From assembly GCA_963730935.1 (NCBI GenBank), contig CAVSTP010000002.1, positions 1 to 64,000 of the forward strand: DNA of 64,000 nt, given 5' to 3'. The DNA comes from an uncultured Nitrospiraceae bacterium (GTDB taxonomy: Bacteria; Nitrospirota; Nitrospiria; Nitrospirales; Nitrospiraceae). Below the pieces are notes generated by a model, which was not told the origin of the DNA, searched no databases, and saw nothing but the letters and a program-made list of their open reading frames with translations. The position numbers and the translations under genes are program-made. Shown here piece after piece: positions 1 to 8,213 of the stretch (the first letter of the stretch is position 1; each line of letters opens with the position of its first letter).

Positions 1-1
1 A

Positions 2-130
2 GTTGACTCCACCAAGTTGACGCTGGTTCGTCCATTCCTGTCTCCGGAAACCGGAGATAGTTTGAGGGACAGAATACAAGAAAGTCAACGACGCCCAAGC
101 ATCACAGGCATTATCGCCGCATCAGATTAG
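2..130 (+). CDS. possible 3' end of a gene entering from the left edge (VDSTKLTL...IIAASD*)
   Basis: Frame open from base 2 to TAG at 128-130; no recognisable motif. Confidence 0.2.
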   Translation, partial: VDSTKLTLVRPFLSPETGDSLRDRIQESQRRPSITGIIAASD

Positions 131-623
131 GCGATAGCTTAGGGCGAACAAGGTATCCAAATATAGACCATTGATTTCAGCGCTAGAGCTTACGGGGGTC
201 GTTTTAGTTCTAGGTTGCATTAGGACCCAAAACTTCATCGACGGGCATAGCTGAACCATACGACGAGAAGATGCCTGCTGCAATTAGGTAGGGATAGCAT
301 GACTCTACACGACCTCTCGAATCGCATTCACAATCATTGATTTTCTTCAGGTTTCTCACAGCGCGCATTCGACTCGGCATCATCTTTTTGGAGTAAACCG
401 AGGGTGATCGGTCTGACCCCTTCAAAATCTTCTGTCTTCTCGGCACTCTGGAGTTTTGATACCCCTTGAACCCTGGCTTCGGCTCAGATTCGTCGAACAT
501 TTGCCATGGCATACGCAGGTGGCCACGACTCGACCTTCATGAAATTTCAGAGTATCCTGCCGGCGACTCAAAGTCGATGTTATAGGATCTGCAGCGTGCA
601 AAACAGAAGGTGCAGCGAACACC

Positions 624-1397
624 ATGAGCTATAACATCACGAGCGCACTCCTCCTTTTCGGTGTGTTCGCCGGCATGGTCCTGAGCCTGATCGTTGGACA
701 GCGACTGGGGCGTCGCGAACAGGATGTTGGGACGGATTCGGGCCGTATTCAGTTGACAGCAGTCGAAGCTGCCATCTTCGGGTTGATGGGGCTGATGATC
801 GCGTTTACCTTCTCAGGCGCGGCACAACGATACGAGCTGCGCCGACAGCTCGTTGTGGCCGAAGCGAATGCCATCGGCACTTCCTATTTGCGCATCGATC
901 TTCTACCGACCGCCCGACAAGCCGCGCTACGTGGGAAATACCGCCAGTACTTGGAGGCACGGATCGCCAGTTATCGACCTGGTCCTAGTCCATCGCATGA
1001 GTCGCATAAAGCGATCGCCACCAAGCTTCAACGAGAAATCTGGACCGGCACGGTGGCTGCTCTTGCAGAGGCGCCGCCCCAGTCGACCATTATCGTGGTT
1101 CCAGCGGTAAACGAAATGATCGATGTCACCACGTGGCGCACCATTGCGGCTCAGACCCATACCCCAAAACTCATCATGGCCATGCTGTTAATTCTCGGGC
1201 TAGTCTGTTCTCTTCTGGCAGGATATGTGATCGGCAGTAGCACTCCGCGCCATGCCGGCTTTCACTGGCTCGCGTTCGCATTCATGATGACGATCAGCAT
1301 CTATGTCATCTTCGATTTGGACTATCCGCGCAAAGGGGTGATTCAAATCGAGTTCGCCGATCAAGCGCTCACGGACCTGTTAGGCGACATGAAGTGA
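624..1397 (+). CDS. membrane protein, DUF4239/bestrophin-like
   Basis: 257 aa with 4 TM segments; motifs 'GLMIAFTFSGA..RY..RR..V..EANAIGT.YLR' and 'IFDLDYPRKG.I'. Confidence 0.75.
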   Translation: MSYNITSALLLFGVFAGMVLSLIVGQRLGRREQDVGTDSGRIQLTAVEAAIFGLMGLMIAFTFSGAAQRYELRRQLVVAEANAIGTSYLRIDLLPTARQAALRGKYRQYLEARIASYRPGPSPSHESHKAIATKLQREIWTGTVAALAEAPPQSTIIVVPAVNEMIDVTTWRTIAAQTHTPKLIMAMLLILGLVCSLLAGYVIGSSTPRHAGFHWLAFAFMMTISIYVIFDLDYPRKGVIQIEFADQALTDLLGDMK

Positions 1398-1623
1398 GGA
1401 CTCTTGGGCCGATGCACCGGCTCGTAATCCCCTGATGGTGCCTCACCACGCCGATTGCGCCGGCACCGCGACACTTCTCGGGCCGTTGCCCAAGCTAAAA
1501 GGCTACGACTTGAGACCTTATCCGACCAGATCGATGATCCAGCCCAAATTTCCGAAACGTTCATTCTTCTACGCTTTTTGATTTCAGGACGTATATCCAT
1601 GTCCAGAATGAGCCGATAGAAGT

Positions 1624-2763
1624 ATGTCTATCGAGTTTATTATTTTTGGATTTCTGCTTCTGGGGATCGCTATCTTCCATCAACGAACGTTGGAAGTGGC
1701 ATTCGTGGGAACAATCATTATGATCGTGTATAAGGTTTCGCGGACGGACTTAGACATCGTCCCTCATCTCGCTCATGAATCGCGCCTGCTTATCAACCTC
1801 TTTGGTCTCTTGCTTGGCTTCGCGCTGTTGTCGAAGCACTTCGAGGAATCCCATGTGCCCGAGTGGCTGCCACATCGCCTGCCTGCAGGTTGGACCGGTG
1901 GCTTGAGCTTGTTAGGTATCGTGGGGCTACTTTCCATCTTTCTCGACAACATTGCGGGGGCTATTATCGGCGGGGTCATCGCCAGACGGATGTACCAAGA
2001 GCGAGTCAGTCTCAGTTTCATTGTTGCCCTCGTTGCTGCAAGCAACGCGGGTGGGGCAGGGTCCGTGATAGGCGATACAACGACAACTATGATGTGGATC
2101 GCCGGAATTCCGGCAACTACCTTTCTCAAGGCTTTCATTGCCGCTGCGACAGCTATTCTGTTCTCAGGCATTGTCGCTTCTCGCGTTCAGCACCGATTTC
2201 AACCTATCGTCAGATCGTCATCCGTTGAATCTCCCCTGGATCTAGGCAGATTGTTTATTGTTGCAGTTATCATTCTTGGCACGATTGTCGCGAATATTCT
2301 CCTCGATTTTCCGGCTGCCGGTCTCTGGGCAGGCATCTTCGTCGGCACCCTGATACGATCAACACCATGGTCAGAGTTGAAGCACGCGTACAAAGGAAGC
2401 GTCTTTCTTGTTCTCCTCGTCCTCAGCGCCAGTTTTATGCCCGTGCACACGCTTCCCACACCGACCTGGCAATCGACTTTAGGCGTCGGATTTGTAAGCG
2501 CCATCTTTGACAACATTCCGCTCACGGCGCTGGCGATTTATCAGGGTGGATATGACTGGGGTGTATTGGCGTTTGCGGTTGGCTATGGCGGCTCACTGAC
2601 TTGGTTTGGTTCATCCGCTGGAGTGGCGATAAGCAATATCTTCCCCCAAGCGAAGAACAGTGTAGGCTGGATCAAGGAAGGCTGGCATGTTGCTGTGGCC
2701 TACATCCTCTCATTCTTTGTCATGCTTGCGATCGCCGGCTGGCAACCCCCCCCTTCTCCTTAA
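1624..2763 (+). CDS. ion-transporter superfamily permease (NhaD/ArsB/CitMHS-like)
   Basis: 379 aa polytopic protein; 'SIFLDNI', 'ASNAGGAGSVIGDTTT', 'SAIFDNIPL', 'GGSLTWFGSSAGV'. Confidence 0.85.
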   Translation: MSIEFIIFGFLLLGIAIFHQRTLEVAFVGTIIMIVYKVSRTDLDIVPHLAHESRLLINLFGLLLGFALLSKHFEESHVPEWLPHRLPAGWTGGLSLLGIVGLLSIFLDNIAGAIIGGVIARRMYQERVSLSFIVALVAASNAGGAGSVIGDTTTTMMWIAGIPATTFLKAFIAAATAILFSGIVASRVQHRFQPIVRSSSVESPLDLGRLFIVAVIILGTIVANILLDFPAAGLWAGIFVGTLIRSTPWSELKHAYKGSVFLVLLVLSASFMPVHTLPTPTWQSTLGVGFVSAIFDNIPLTALAIYQGGYDWGVLAFAVGYGGSLTWFGSSAGVAISNIFPQAKNSVGWIKEGWHVAVAYILSFFVMLAIAGWQPPPSP

Positions 2764-3040
2764 GGGTTTTCGAGGCGAGTGACGCTGGTCATGAACGGTG
2801 CGCGCATCGGCGCTTACAATACGCAACGAGCCGCTGCTCCCGGCAACTGAAGCCTCCAGCCAGTCGGTCGACCATTCCTCGAAGTGGCTGCCAGGTTAAA
2901 CCACGTGTCCCCAGCAGTCCCGAACAGTCCTCAACAGGGCTCTACTGCCTATTTTCCTTCTTTTCTCCTCTGCTCTACCCTCACAGTGGTTCGCGGAACA
3001 AACGAGCAGCGGATAGGGAAACTGCGCGAGCAGTCTACAA

Positions 3041-3204
3041 CTGCATACATCTGCATACATTTGCCTAATTCCCTTCGCGCGCGTTCCGCTTTACGCTCCT
3101 TATGAAACGCGAGGAGGGAGGTTCGGTCGAGAAAAGTGACGATATGTACCCGAAAGCGCGCTAAAGCATCCATCAGCAGTCATGAGCAGACATGTGCCTA
3201 ATTC
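3041..3204. repeat. tandem CTGCATACAT x2 (3041-3060) and a 14-nt direct repeat CATKTGCCTAATTC (3058-3071, 3191-3204)
   Basis: Read directly; lies upstream of the element's HTH-rep-int operon. Confidence 0.55.
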
Positions 3205-3266
3205 ACCGCGAAGGGCCATCAGCGTAGGGTGAGATAGGTTTCAAACTCAGGAGAAGAGACGCACGC

Positions 3267-3575
3267 ATGAAGGAAAACGCGTTAATGTCGATTAAACAAC
3301 TGGCTGAGCTGCTCAGGGTCAGTACGGATACGGTTCGTCGGGCGGCCCGAAGCGGTGTGCTTCCCTCAAGCCGGGAAGGCACAGCGTACCGGTTTGACTG
3401 GAGGAAAGTCCGACGGGCGATGCGAGAGCGGGCCCAACAGATGCCCTATCGACGGAGCAACCAGGCCAGCGCGCCAGCCGGCAATGGCCGGCGGCGCGCA
3501 GCTCAATCGCCCCCGATCGGTAACACGGGGGCACTAACATCAGTGATCATTACAGGAGTTCTATCGGTTCCATGA
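3267..3575 (+). CDS. excisionase-like HTH DNA-binding protein (HTH_17/MerR-like)
   Basis: 'MSIKQLAELLRVSTDTVRRAARSGVLP...YRFD'; ATGA overlap with the rep start. Confidence 0.8.
   Translation: MKENALMSIKQLAELLRVSTDTVRRAARSGVLPSSREGTAYRFDWRKVRRAMRERAQQMPYRRSNQASAPAGNGRRRAAQSPPIGNTGALTSVIITGVLSVP
3509..3532 (+). other. putative nick-site hairpin (dso/oriT) for the Rep_trans protein
   Basis: Perfect 7-bp stem GCCCCCG-ATCGGTAACA-CGGGGGC; resembles the CCCCC..CTAACA.GGGGG oriT hairpins of ICEBs1/Tn916; 40 nt upstream of rep. Confidence 0.7.
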
Positions 3576-4639
3576 GTTCTCCATTTACCCTCACCATCGA
3601 CTGGCTCTCTTTCACCCTCCCGAGTGGGACGGCGAAGGAGACGATGGCTATTCTCGAAGGAGAATGGACCAAGAGCCAGGCAGGCTTCCGAGGTTATCCG
3701 CTGTCCTGGATAACCGTTGCCTCAGACAGAGGTATGGGAAAGCTTGGGACTGGAGCACCTCGGTCCCCATTGGAAGTCCATGTCGATCTCTCTGCCGGCA
3801 TTGTCTCTACCTGGCCGAGTAGGAAAGTACGGACCGTGCTCCAATGGATTCTCAAGCATGAGGGCCACCTCACCAGGCTCGATTGTGCCTTAGACGACCG
3901 GACATGCACTGTTCCATTACAGACCATTAAGGCAGCAATTGAGACCGGTCAGTGTGTGACTCGCGCGGACCGGATGCAAACCATTGCCTCGAGCTCCATT
4001 CATAAAGGCACGCCGAGCGGAGAAACGCTCTATTTGGGGAGCCCTCACAGTCAAACGTTGCTACGGATCTACGATAAACGAGCCGAATTACAAGCCAAGG
4101 GACGGAATAATTGGGAGGCGTATGGGATTCGATGGGAACTGCAGCTTAAGCAAGAGCGCGCTCAGGTCTGCGGGCAAGTGTTGGCCTATCTCGAAGGAAC
4201 GGATTGGCTGGAGTTCATCATTGGTGTTCTTCGATCGTATGTCGATTTTCGCCATACAAGCCGGGAGGAGGGTGATGAGGACCGTTACCGAGCACCGCTT
4301 CTTGGATGGTGGCAAGAGCTGACGGATGGGTTTCGAAAAGGTCGTCTCGTGATCGAAAAGGACGACCCGAGCTTGCCCAAAGTGAAGCGTTGGGTCAAAC
4401 ACTCGGTTGCGCCGATGCTAGCGGTGATCTGTGCGCAACATCCGGACGGACAAGCGTGGTTGGAAAAGCAGATTGTGGCCGCCGTAGGGAGATGGAAAGC
4501 CAAACACCGGGCGCTTGTAAAACCGGCCTCAACGGAAAAGGCACCGATCAATCGAACCGGACAACTGTTCGCCGGCGAGAACGCTGGCGCACCATCTCAG
4601 GGGGGTGAGGGGGTGTCGTCAGACTCCCCCTGTAAATAG
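3572..4639 (+). CDS. replication initiation factor / MOBT-like relaxase (Rep_trans family)
   Basis: 'IDWLSFT', 'TRLDCALDD', 'GETLYLGS', 'LRIYDK' (catalytic Tyr), 'RWELQL'. Confidence 0.9.
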   Translation: MSSPFTLTIDWLSFTLPSGTAKETMAILEGEWTKSQAGFRGYPLSWITVASDRGMGKLGTGAPRSPLEVHVDLSAGIVSTWPSRKVRTVLQWILKHEGHLTRLDCALDDRTCTVPLQTIKAAIETGQCVTRADRMQTIASSSIHKGTPSGETLYLGSPHSQTLLRIYDKRAELQAKGRNNWEAYGIRWELQLKQERAQVCGQVLAYLEGTDWLEFIIGVLRSYVDFRHTSREEGDEDRYRAPLLGWWQELTDGFRKGRLVIEKDDPSLPKVKRWVKHSVAPMLAVICAQHPDGQAWLEKQIVAAVGRWKAKHRALVKPASTEKAPINRTGQLFAGENAGAPSQGGEGVSSDSPCK

Positions 4640-4643
4640 CATC

Positions 4644-4958
4644 ATGCTACTCACCATCAAAGATCTGTCGGCCTGGCTCAATATCAAGCCTTCGACCCTG
4701 TATCTGTGGGCAGCGCAGGGGAAAATACCTTGCCAAAAGATCTATGGCTTGATCCGATTCGATCAACGAAAGATATTAAGTTGGCTTGAGTCGTTTCCGA
4801 GGAAGGCTCCTAAAAGGGCGCCCTCTTTTAGCCAAGGAAGCGGCAGTGATGTGGATCAGCTGATTGAAGCCGCTAAACGAGACGCCTATACTTCCTACCA
4901 CGGGGAAACCATATCACCGAGCCCTTTCAGGAAGGAGGAAGAGAATGGGGCTCGTTAA
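4644..4958 (+). CDS. second excisionase-like HTH protein
   Basis: 'LLTIKDLSAWLNIKPSTLYLWAAQGKIPCQKI..LIRFD'; overlaps the integrase start. Confidence 0.8.
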   Translation: MLLTIKDLSAWLNIKPSTLYLWAAQGKIPCQKIYGLIRFDQRKILSWLESFPRKAPKRAPSFSQGSGSDVDQLIEAAKRDAYTSYHGETISPSPFRKEEENGAR

Positions 4959-6015
4959 GAGAGGAGAGACGTGGTGGATGTCATTTGTGTATGAGGGACG
5001 ACAAGTTAGGCGTTCGACACGGACGTCAGATAAACGCTTGGCCGAGGCAATTCTTGGAAAGATTCGATCACAGATTGTCGAGGGCCGTTTCTTTCAGAAG
5101 CCCAAAGAGGAATCACATACGTTCGAGGAGCTGATGGAGCGGTATCTCACCGAGCACGCAGCCAGACGAGCCAATCGACAACGTGAGCAGTATTGTGTGA
5201 ACAATCTGAAGGAGTTCTTTCGTAACCCGCAACTGTCTCAGATCACTCCGAAGCAGATCGTTACATATAAGAATAAACGATTCGCAGACGGAGTAAAGCC
5301 AGCCACAATTAATCGGGAGCTCACGACGTTGAAGAAGGCATTCAATCTGGCGCGGCGTGAATGGGAATGGTGTACCGACAATCCTGTATGTCGGGTCTCG
5401 ATGGAAAGAGAAAACAACACTCGGGATCGTTGGTTAACGGAAGAAGAGGAGATGCGATTGCTCGATAGTTCCCTGCCATGGTTTCGCGAGGTGGTCGTAT
5501 TTGCTCTCAACACCGGCATGCGGATGGGCGAAATTACTTCACTGACTTGGGCAGGTGTGGATCTGATTCGACGAACCGTCACCGTCTTTCGTTCGAAGAA
5601 CGGTGAACGTCGGACGATCCCTATAAACGAGACGGTGGTTGCTCTCTTGAAACATAGGCATTCAAAAAGAGACAAGAATACCGACTTGGTCTTTACCAGC
5701 CAAGCAGGAACCGCCCTCGATGGAGCGAATATTCGACGGGCTCTCGCAAGCGCACTGAAAACGAGCAAGATTCAGGATTTCCATTTCCATGATTTGCGGC
5801 ATACATGCGCAACCCAAATGGTTCAAGCCGGGGTGGATCTCTATAAGGTCCAGCGGATCTTGGGACATAAGTCGCCAATCATGACCCAGCGCTATGCTCA
5901 TCATTATCCAGAAAGCTTGAGGGATGGAGTGGACGCTTTAGAGGCAAGACGAACGTTTAGCACAAATCTAGCACAATCACCGTCTTGCTCCGAGCCGAGT
6001 CTTGTAAGTTGTTGA
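4945..6015 (+). CDS. tyrosine recombinase / phage-type integrase
   Basis: AAGGAGGA RBS before ATG 4945; N-terminal arm-binding-like segment; catalytic R (TGMRMGE), K (SKNG), HDLRH, LGH, Y (QRYAH). Confidence 0.95.
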   Translation: MGLVKRGETWWMSFVYEGRQVRRSTRTSDKRLAEAILGKIRSQIVEGRFFQKPKEESHTFEELMERYLTEHAARRANRQREQYCVNNLKEFFRNPQLSQITPKQIVTYKNKRFADGVKPATINRELTTLKKAFNLARREWEWCTDNPVCRVSMERENNTRDRWLTEEEEMRLLDSSLPWFREVVVFALNTGMRMGEITSLTWAGVDLIRRTVTVFRSKNGERRTIPINETVVALLKHRHSKRDKNTDLVFTSQAGTALDGANIRRALASALKTSKIQDFHFHDLRHTCATQMVQAGVDLYKVQRILGHKSPIMTQRYAHHYPESLRDGVDALEARRTFSTNLAQSPSCSEPSLVSC

Positions 6016-6017
6016 GA
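5958..6017. promoter_or_regulatory. att-proximal sites: TAGCACAA direct repeat (5958-5965, 5969-5976) and IHF-like TAAGTTGTTGAGA (6005-6017)
   Basis: 8-mer repeat with 11-bp period, typical of integrase arm sites; one mismatch to the IHF consensus YAANNNNTTGATW. Confidence 0.5.
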
Positions 6018-6020
6018 AAA

Positions 6021-6096
6021 TGGAGCCGGCGACCCGGATTGAACGGGCGACCTGCGGTTTACGAAACCGCTGCTCTACCAACTGAGCTACGCCGGC
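6021..6096 (-). tRNA. tRNA-Thr(CGT)
   Basis: GCCGGCGTAGCTCAGTTGGTAGAGCA-GCGGT TT CGT AA ACCGC-AGGTCGCCCGTTCAATCCGGGTCGCCGGCTCCA; full cloverleaf with CCA. Confidence 0.97.
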
Positions 6097-6165
6097 TTGT
6101 GTGAAGGAAGAGGCCTTACCCTATCACGGGTTTTTCCAAAGCCTCAAGGGGAAAGAGCAGAGGGA

Positions 6166-8112
6166 TCATCTCAGCTTCGCGACCGGCTGCAACCTGACCA
6201 TCGCTCCCTGGCCCGGTCCCGGCACACAGAGCGGGTCTTGTTCGTTGCCGAACTGTTCGCTGGCCATTTTCGCAACTTGCCCTCTGGCATAGACGCACAG
6301 CTCACCGGCGAGAATGGTCCCGTCCTTGTCGACGTCAGCAGCGCCGCCCAATCCCTTGAGCAACTGGTAGGCGAACAACCCGTGATGGCCCAAATCGAAA
6401 TGGTGGGAGTCTTGAAGTCCGCGGTTGCCGACCATCCACATGACCCGCTCCTTGCCCTGTTCTTCCTGCGGCCACACCGGCGCAGTCGGACCGGCTCCAT
6501 TCTGGACGGGCATATGCTCGAGCGACAGGTCTACCATCACGATCGCGCGCTGAACGGGCAATTTGCTGAGCGACTCCTGCAACCGTCTGAGCGAATAGAC
6601 TCTGGGCGAAGAGGCCGTCGTGCCGTCAAATGGAATCAAGGAAACGGCACCGGTGGCAGGGTCCACGAGGCCGCGGCCGGAGATAAACACATAGACCACG
6701 GTCGTCGCATCGGCCTGTTGCGGCAACCATTGTTCGAACGTCTCGACGAGATCGCCTTTGAGCGCCCGGCTATCGAAGAGACGACGGATTCGGTCCGCCG
6801 GAATCCCTCCGACGGCGCTCCAGTATTTTGCCACGGTGTCGGCGTCCTGCTGCGCGTACTTCACGCGCGGCATCGCGTTCTCACGAAATTGCCCGATGCC
6901 GATGGCAATGCCCACGGCCTTCGGTTGTTTGAGTTTTCCCGACGACAGCTTGGGCAGCTCGTCGACATCGACCGGCACTGCTATGGCTTCCGGAGCATTG
7001 GCCGGCTTCACCGCCACGAGGTATTTCTTCACCGACGGCAACTGGACGGCCGGTGATTGCGCCCGCAATGCGAGCACCAGCTCGGCTTGGGTCGACTCTG
7101 CGACCGCCCCGACCTTTCCGTTCACGGAGACGCGTTTCACCTCGCCCGCCGGAATATCTCCAACCGTTAGGACGCTGGGTATCATCTCCACGAGCGCGGC
7201 GGTGCCGCTCACCAGGATCTCCACGCCGGCGGCAGCGCCGGGCCCTTCGTTTTTGACTTCGATGTCAACGGCCACGCTTTCGCCTTCATGCAAGAGCTGG
7301 TTGCGGTTCTCATCGCGAATGATCGCGCGAAAGACCAGCGTCGATGGCTGCTCTTCCGTCGCCGCGACGGCCGCTGCGGCCGCCGGAGCAGGGACCGGAA
7401 CCGGCACTGGGACTGGAATCACGGGAGCGGCCTGCGCAATGGGCGAGGGCGGCGGTGTGGCCCCTGTGGCGGAGGCTTCGGCATGCCCGGTGCCGGCAGC
7501 TTGGCGAATTTTCACCGACGTCCCTAGTGCCTCGGCCATACCGTCGGTGACGTTGGCGATCGCTTCCTTGACGATCTTGTCGAGACCTTTGATGTCGCAA
7601 GAGGATGCGTTGACATCCACATCGCCGCTGCCCACGCTTTGGAGCTTCTTGCTGAAGAGCACGGTCCCGTCCGCCGCTGTATAGCCAAAGTCCAAGCCGA
7701 TGGCCAGCGTGGCAGGATGGCTCCTCGTCGCTTGTCTCGGGATGAATAGATCCAAGGTCGTCATGCCGACCGACACATCCTCATACCCGTCTATGGAGGC
7801 AGGAGCAGGCGCGTTGCCTGTCACGATTTTCTCGAAGACGCGGCCGGACTTCCGCGTGATGGCTTCGGCCAATTGCTGACCGAACGGCAATACTTGGTTC
7901 TGACCGCACGCGTCCTGATAGGTGAGTTGAGCCGCCGCGACCGTGGGAGCCTGCCGCAGCTGAACCGTCAACGGGAGGTAATAGCCGATGTGAGCGCCGT
8001 CACGGCTGCTGAAAAGCCCGCACCCCGACAATAAGAGCAACAAGAGACCGACGCATGCCCGGAGGGCCTGACTGCGCCCGGAAACGCCTGGAGGATATAC
8101 CCGCACAAGCAT
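6166..8112 (-). CDS. lipoprotein with CARDB/Ig-like domain and C-terminal caspase-like (peptidase C14) fold lacking the catalytic dyad
   Basis: Lipobox LLSGC; Pro/Ala linker; 'AVGIAIGIGQF...VKYAQQDA', 'HGLFAYQLLKGL.GAADVDKDG'; start codon uncertain. Confidence 0.7.
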   Translation of the reverse strand: MLVRVYPPGVSGRSQALRACVGLLLLLLSGCGLFSSRDGAHIGYYLPLTVQLRQAPTVAAAQLTYQDACGQNQVLPFGQQLAEAITRKSGRVFEKIVTGNAPAPASIDGYEDVSVGMTTLDLFIPRQATRSHPATLAIGLDFGYTAADGTVLFSKKLQSVGSGDVDVNASSCDIKGLDKIVKEAIANVTDGMAEALGTSVKIRQAAGTGHAEASATGATPPPSPIAQAAPVIPVPVPVPVPAPAAAAAVAATEEQPSTLVFRAIIRDENRNQLLHEGESVAVDIEVKNEGPGAAAGVEILVSGTAALVEMIPSVLTVGDIPAGEVKRVSVNGKVGAVAESTQAELVLALRAQSPAVQLPSVKKYLVAVKPANAPEAIAVPVDVDELPKLSSGKLKQPKAVGIAIGIGQFRENAMPRVKYAQQDADTVAKYWSAVGGIPADRIRRLFDSRALKGDLVETFEQWLPQQADATTVVYVFISGRGLVDPATGAVSLIPFDGTTASSPRVYSLRRLQESLSKLPVQRAIVMVDLSLEHMPVQNGAGPTAPVWPQEEQGKERVMWMVGNRGLQDSHHFDLGHHGLFAYQLLKGLGGAADVDKDGTILAGELCVYARGQVAKMASEQFGNEQDPLCVPGPGQGAMVRLQPVAKLR

Positions 8113-8213
8113 CGTTATACCGAAATCACTCCGCATGACACAACCGAGCCATCCGGCCTTACGCCATCCGGCTTCCAATTGACAGGGTATAGCCCCTCGG
8201 CTAGGGTGCGCCC

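Larger units (their letters stand above)
1..6020. mobile_element. integrative element (Rep_trans/MOBT-type IME-like) inserted at the tRNA-Thr 3' end; left boundary not located, probably outside the window
   Basis: HTH-Rep_trans-HTH-integrase module ends 5 nt from the tRNA CCA end; codon third positions are visibly more A/T-rich than in the downstream core genes. Confidence 0.8.

Noticed and set aside
210..625. Minus-strand ORFs 210-512 and 422-625
   Set aside because: No motif, RBS or codon bias; could be decayed island DNA but cannot be supported
1..3266. Second att (duplicate of the tRNA-Thr 3' end)
   Set aside because: No TGGAGCCGGC-type copy seen by eye; the element's left end is probably outside the window
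3267..6015. Filamentous phage or full prophage
   Set aside because: No Zot/pI ATPase, coat, terminase or portal genes visible in the window
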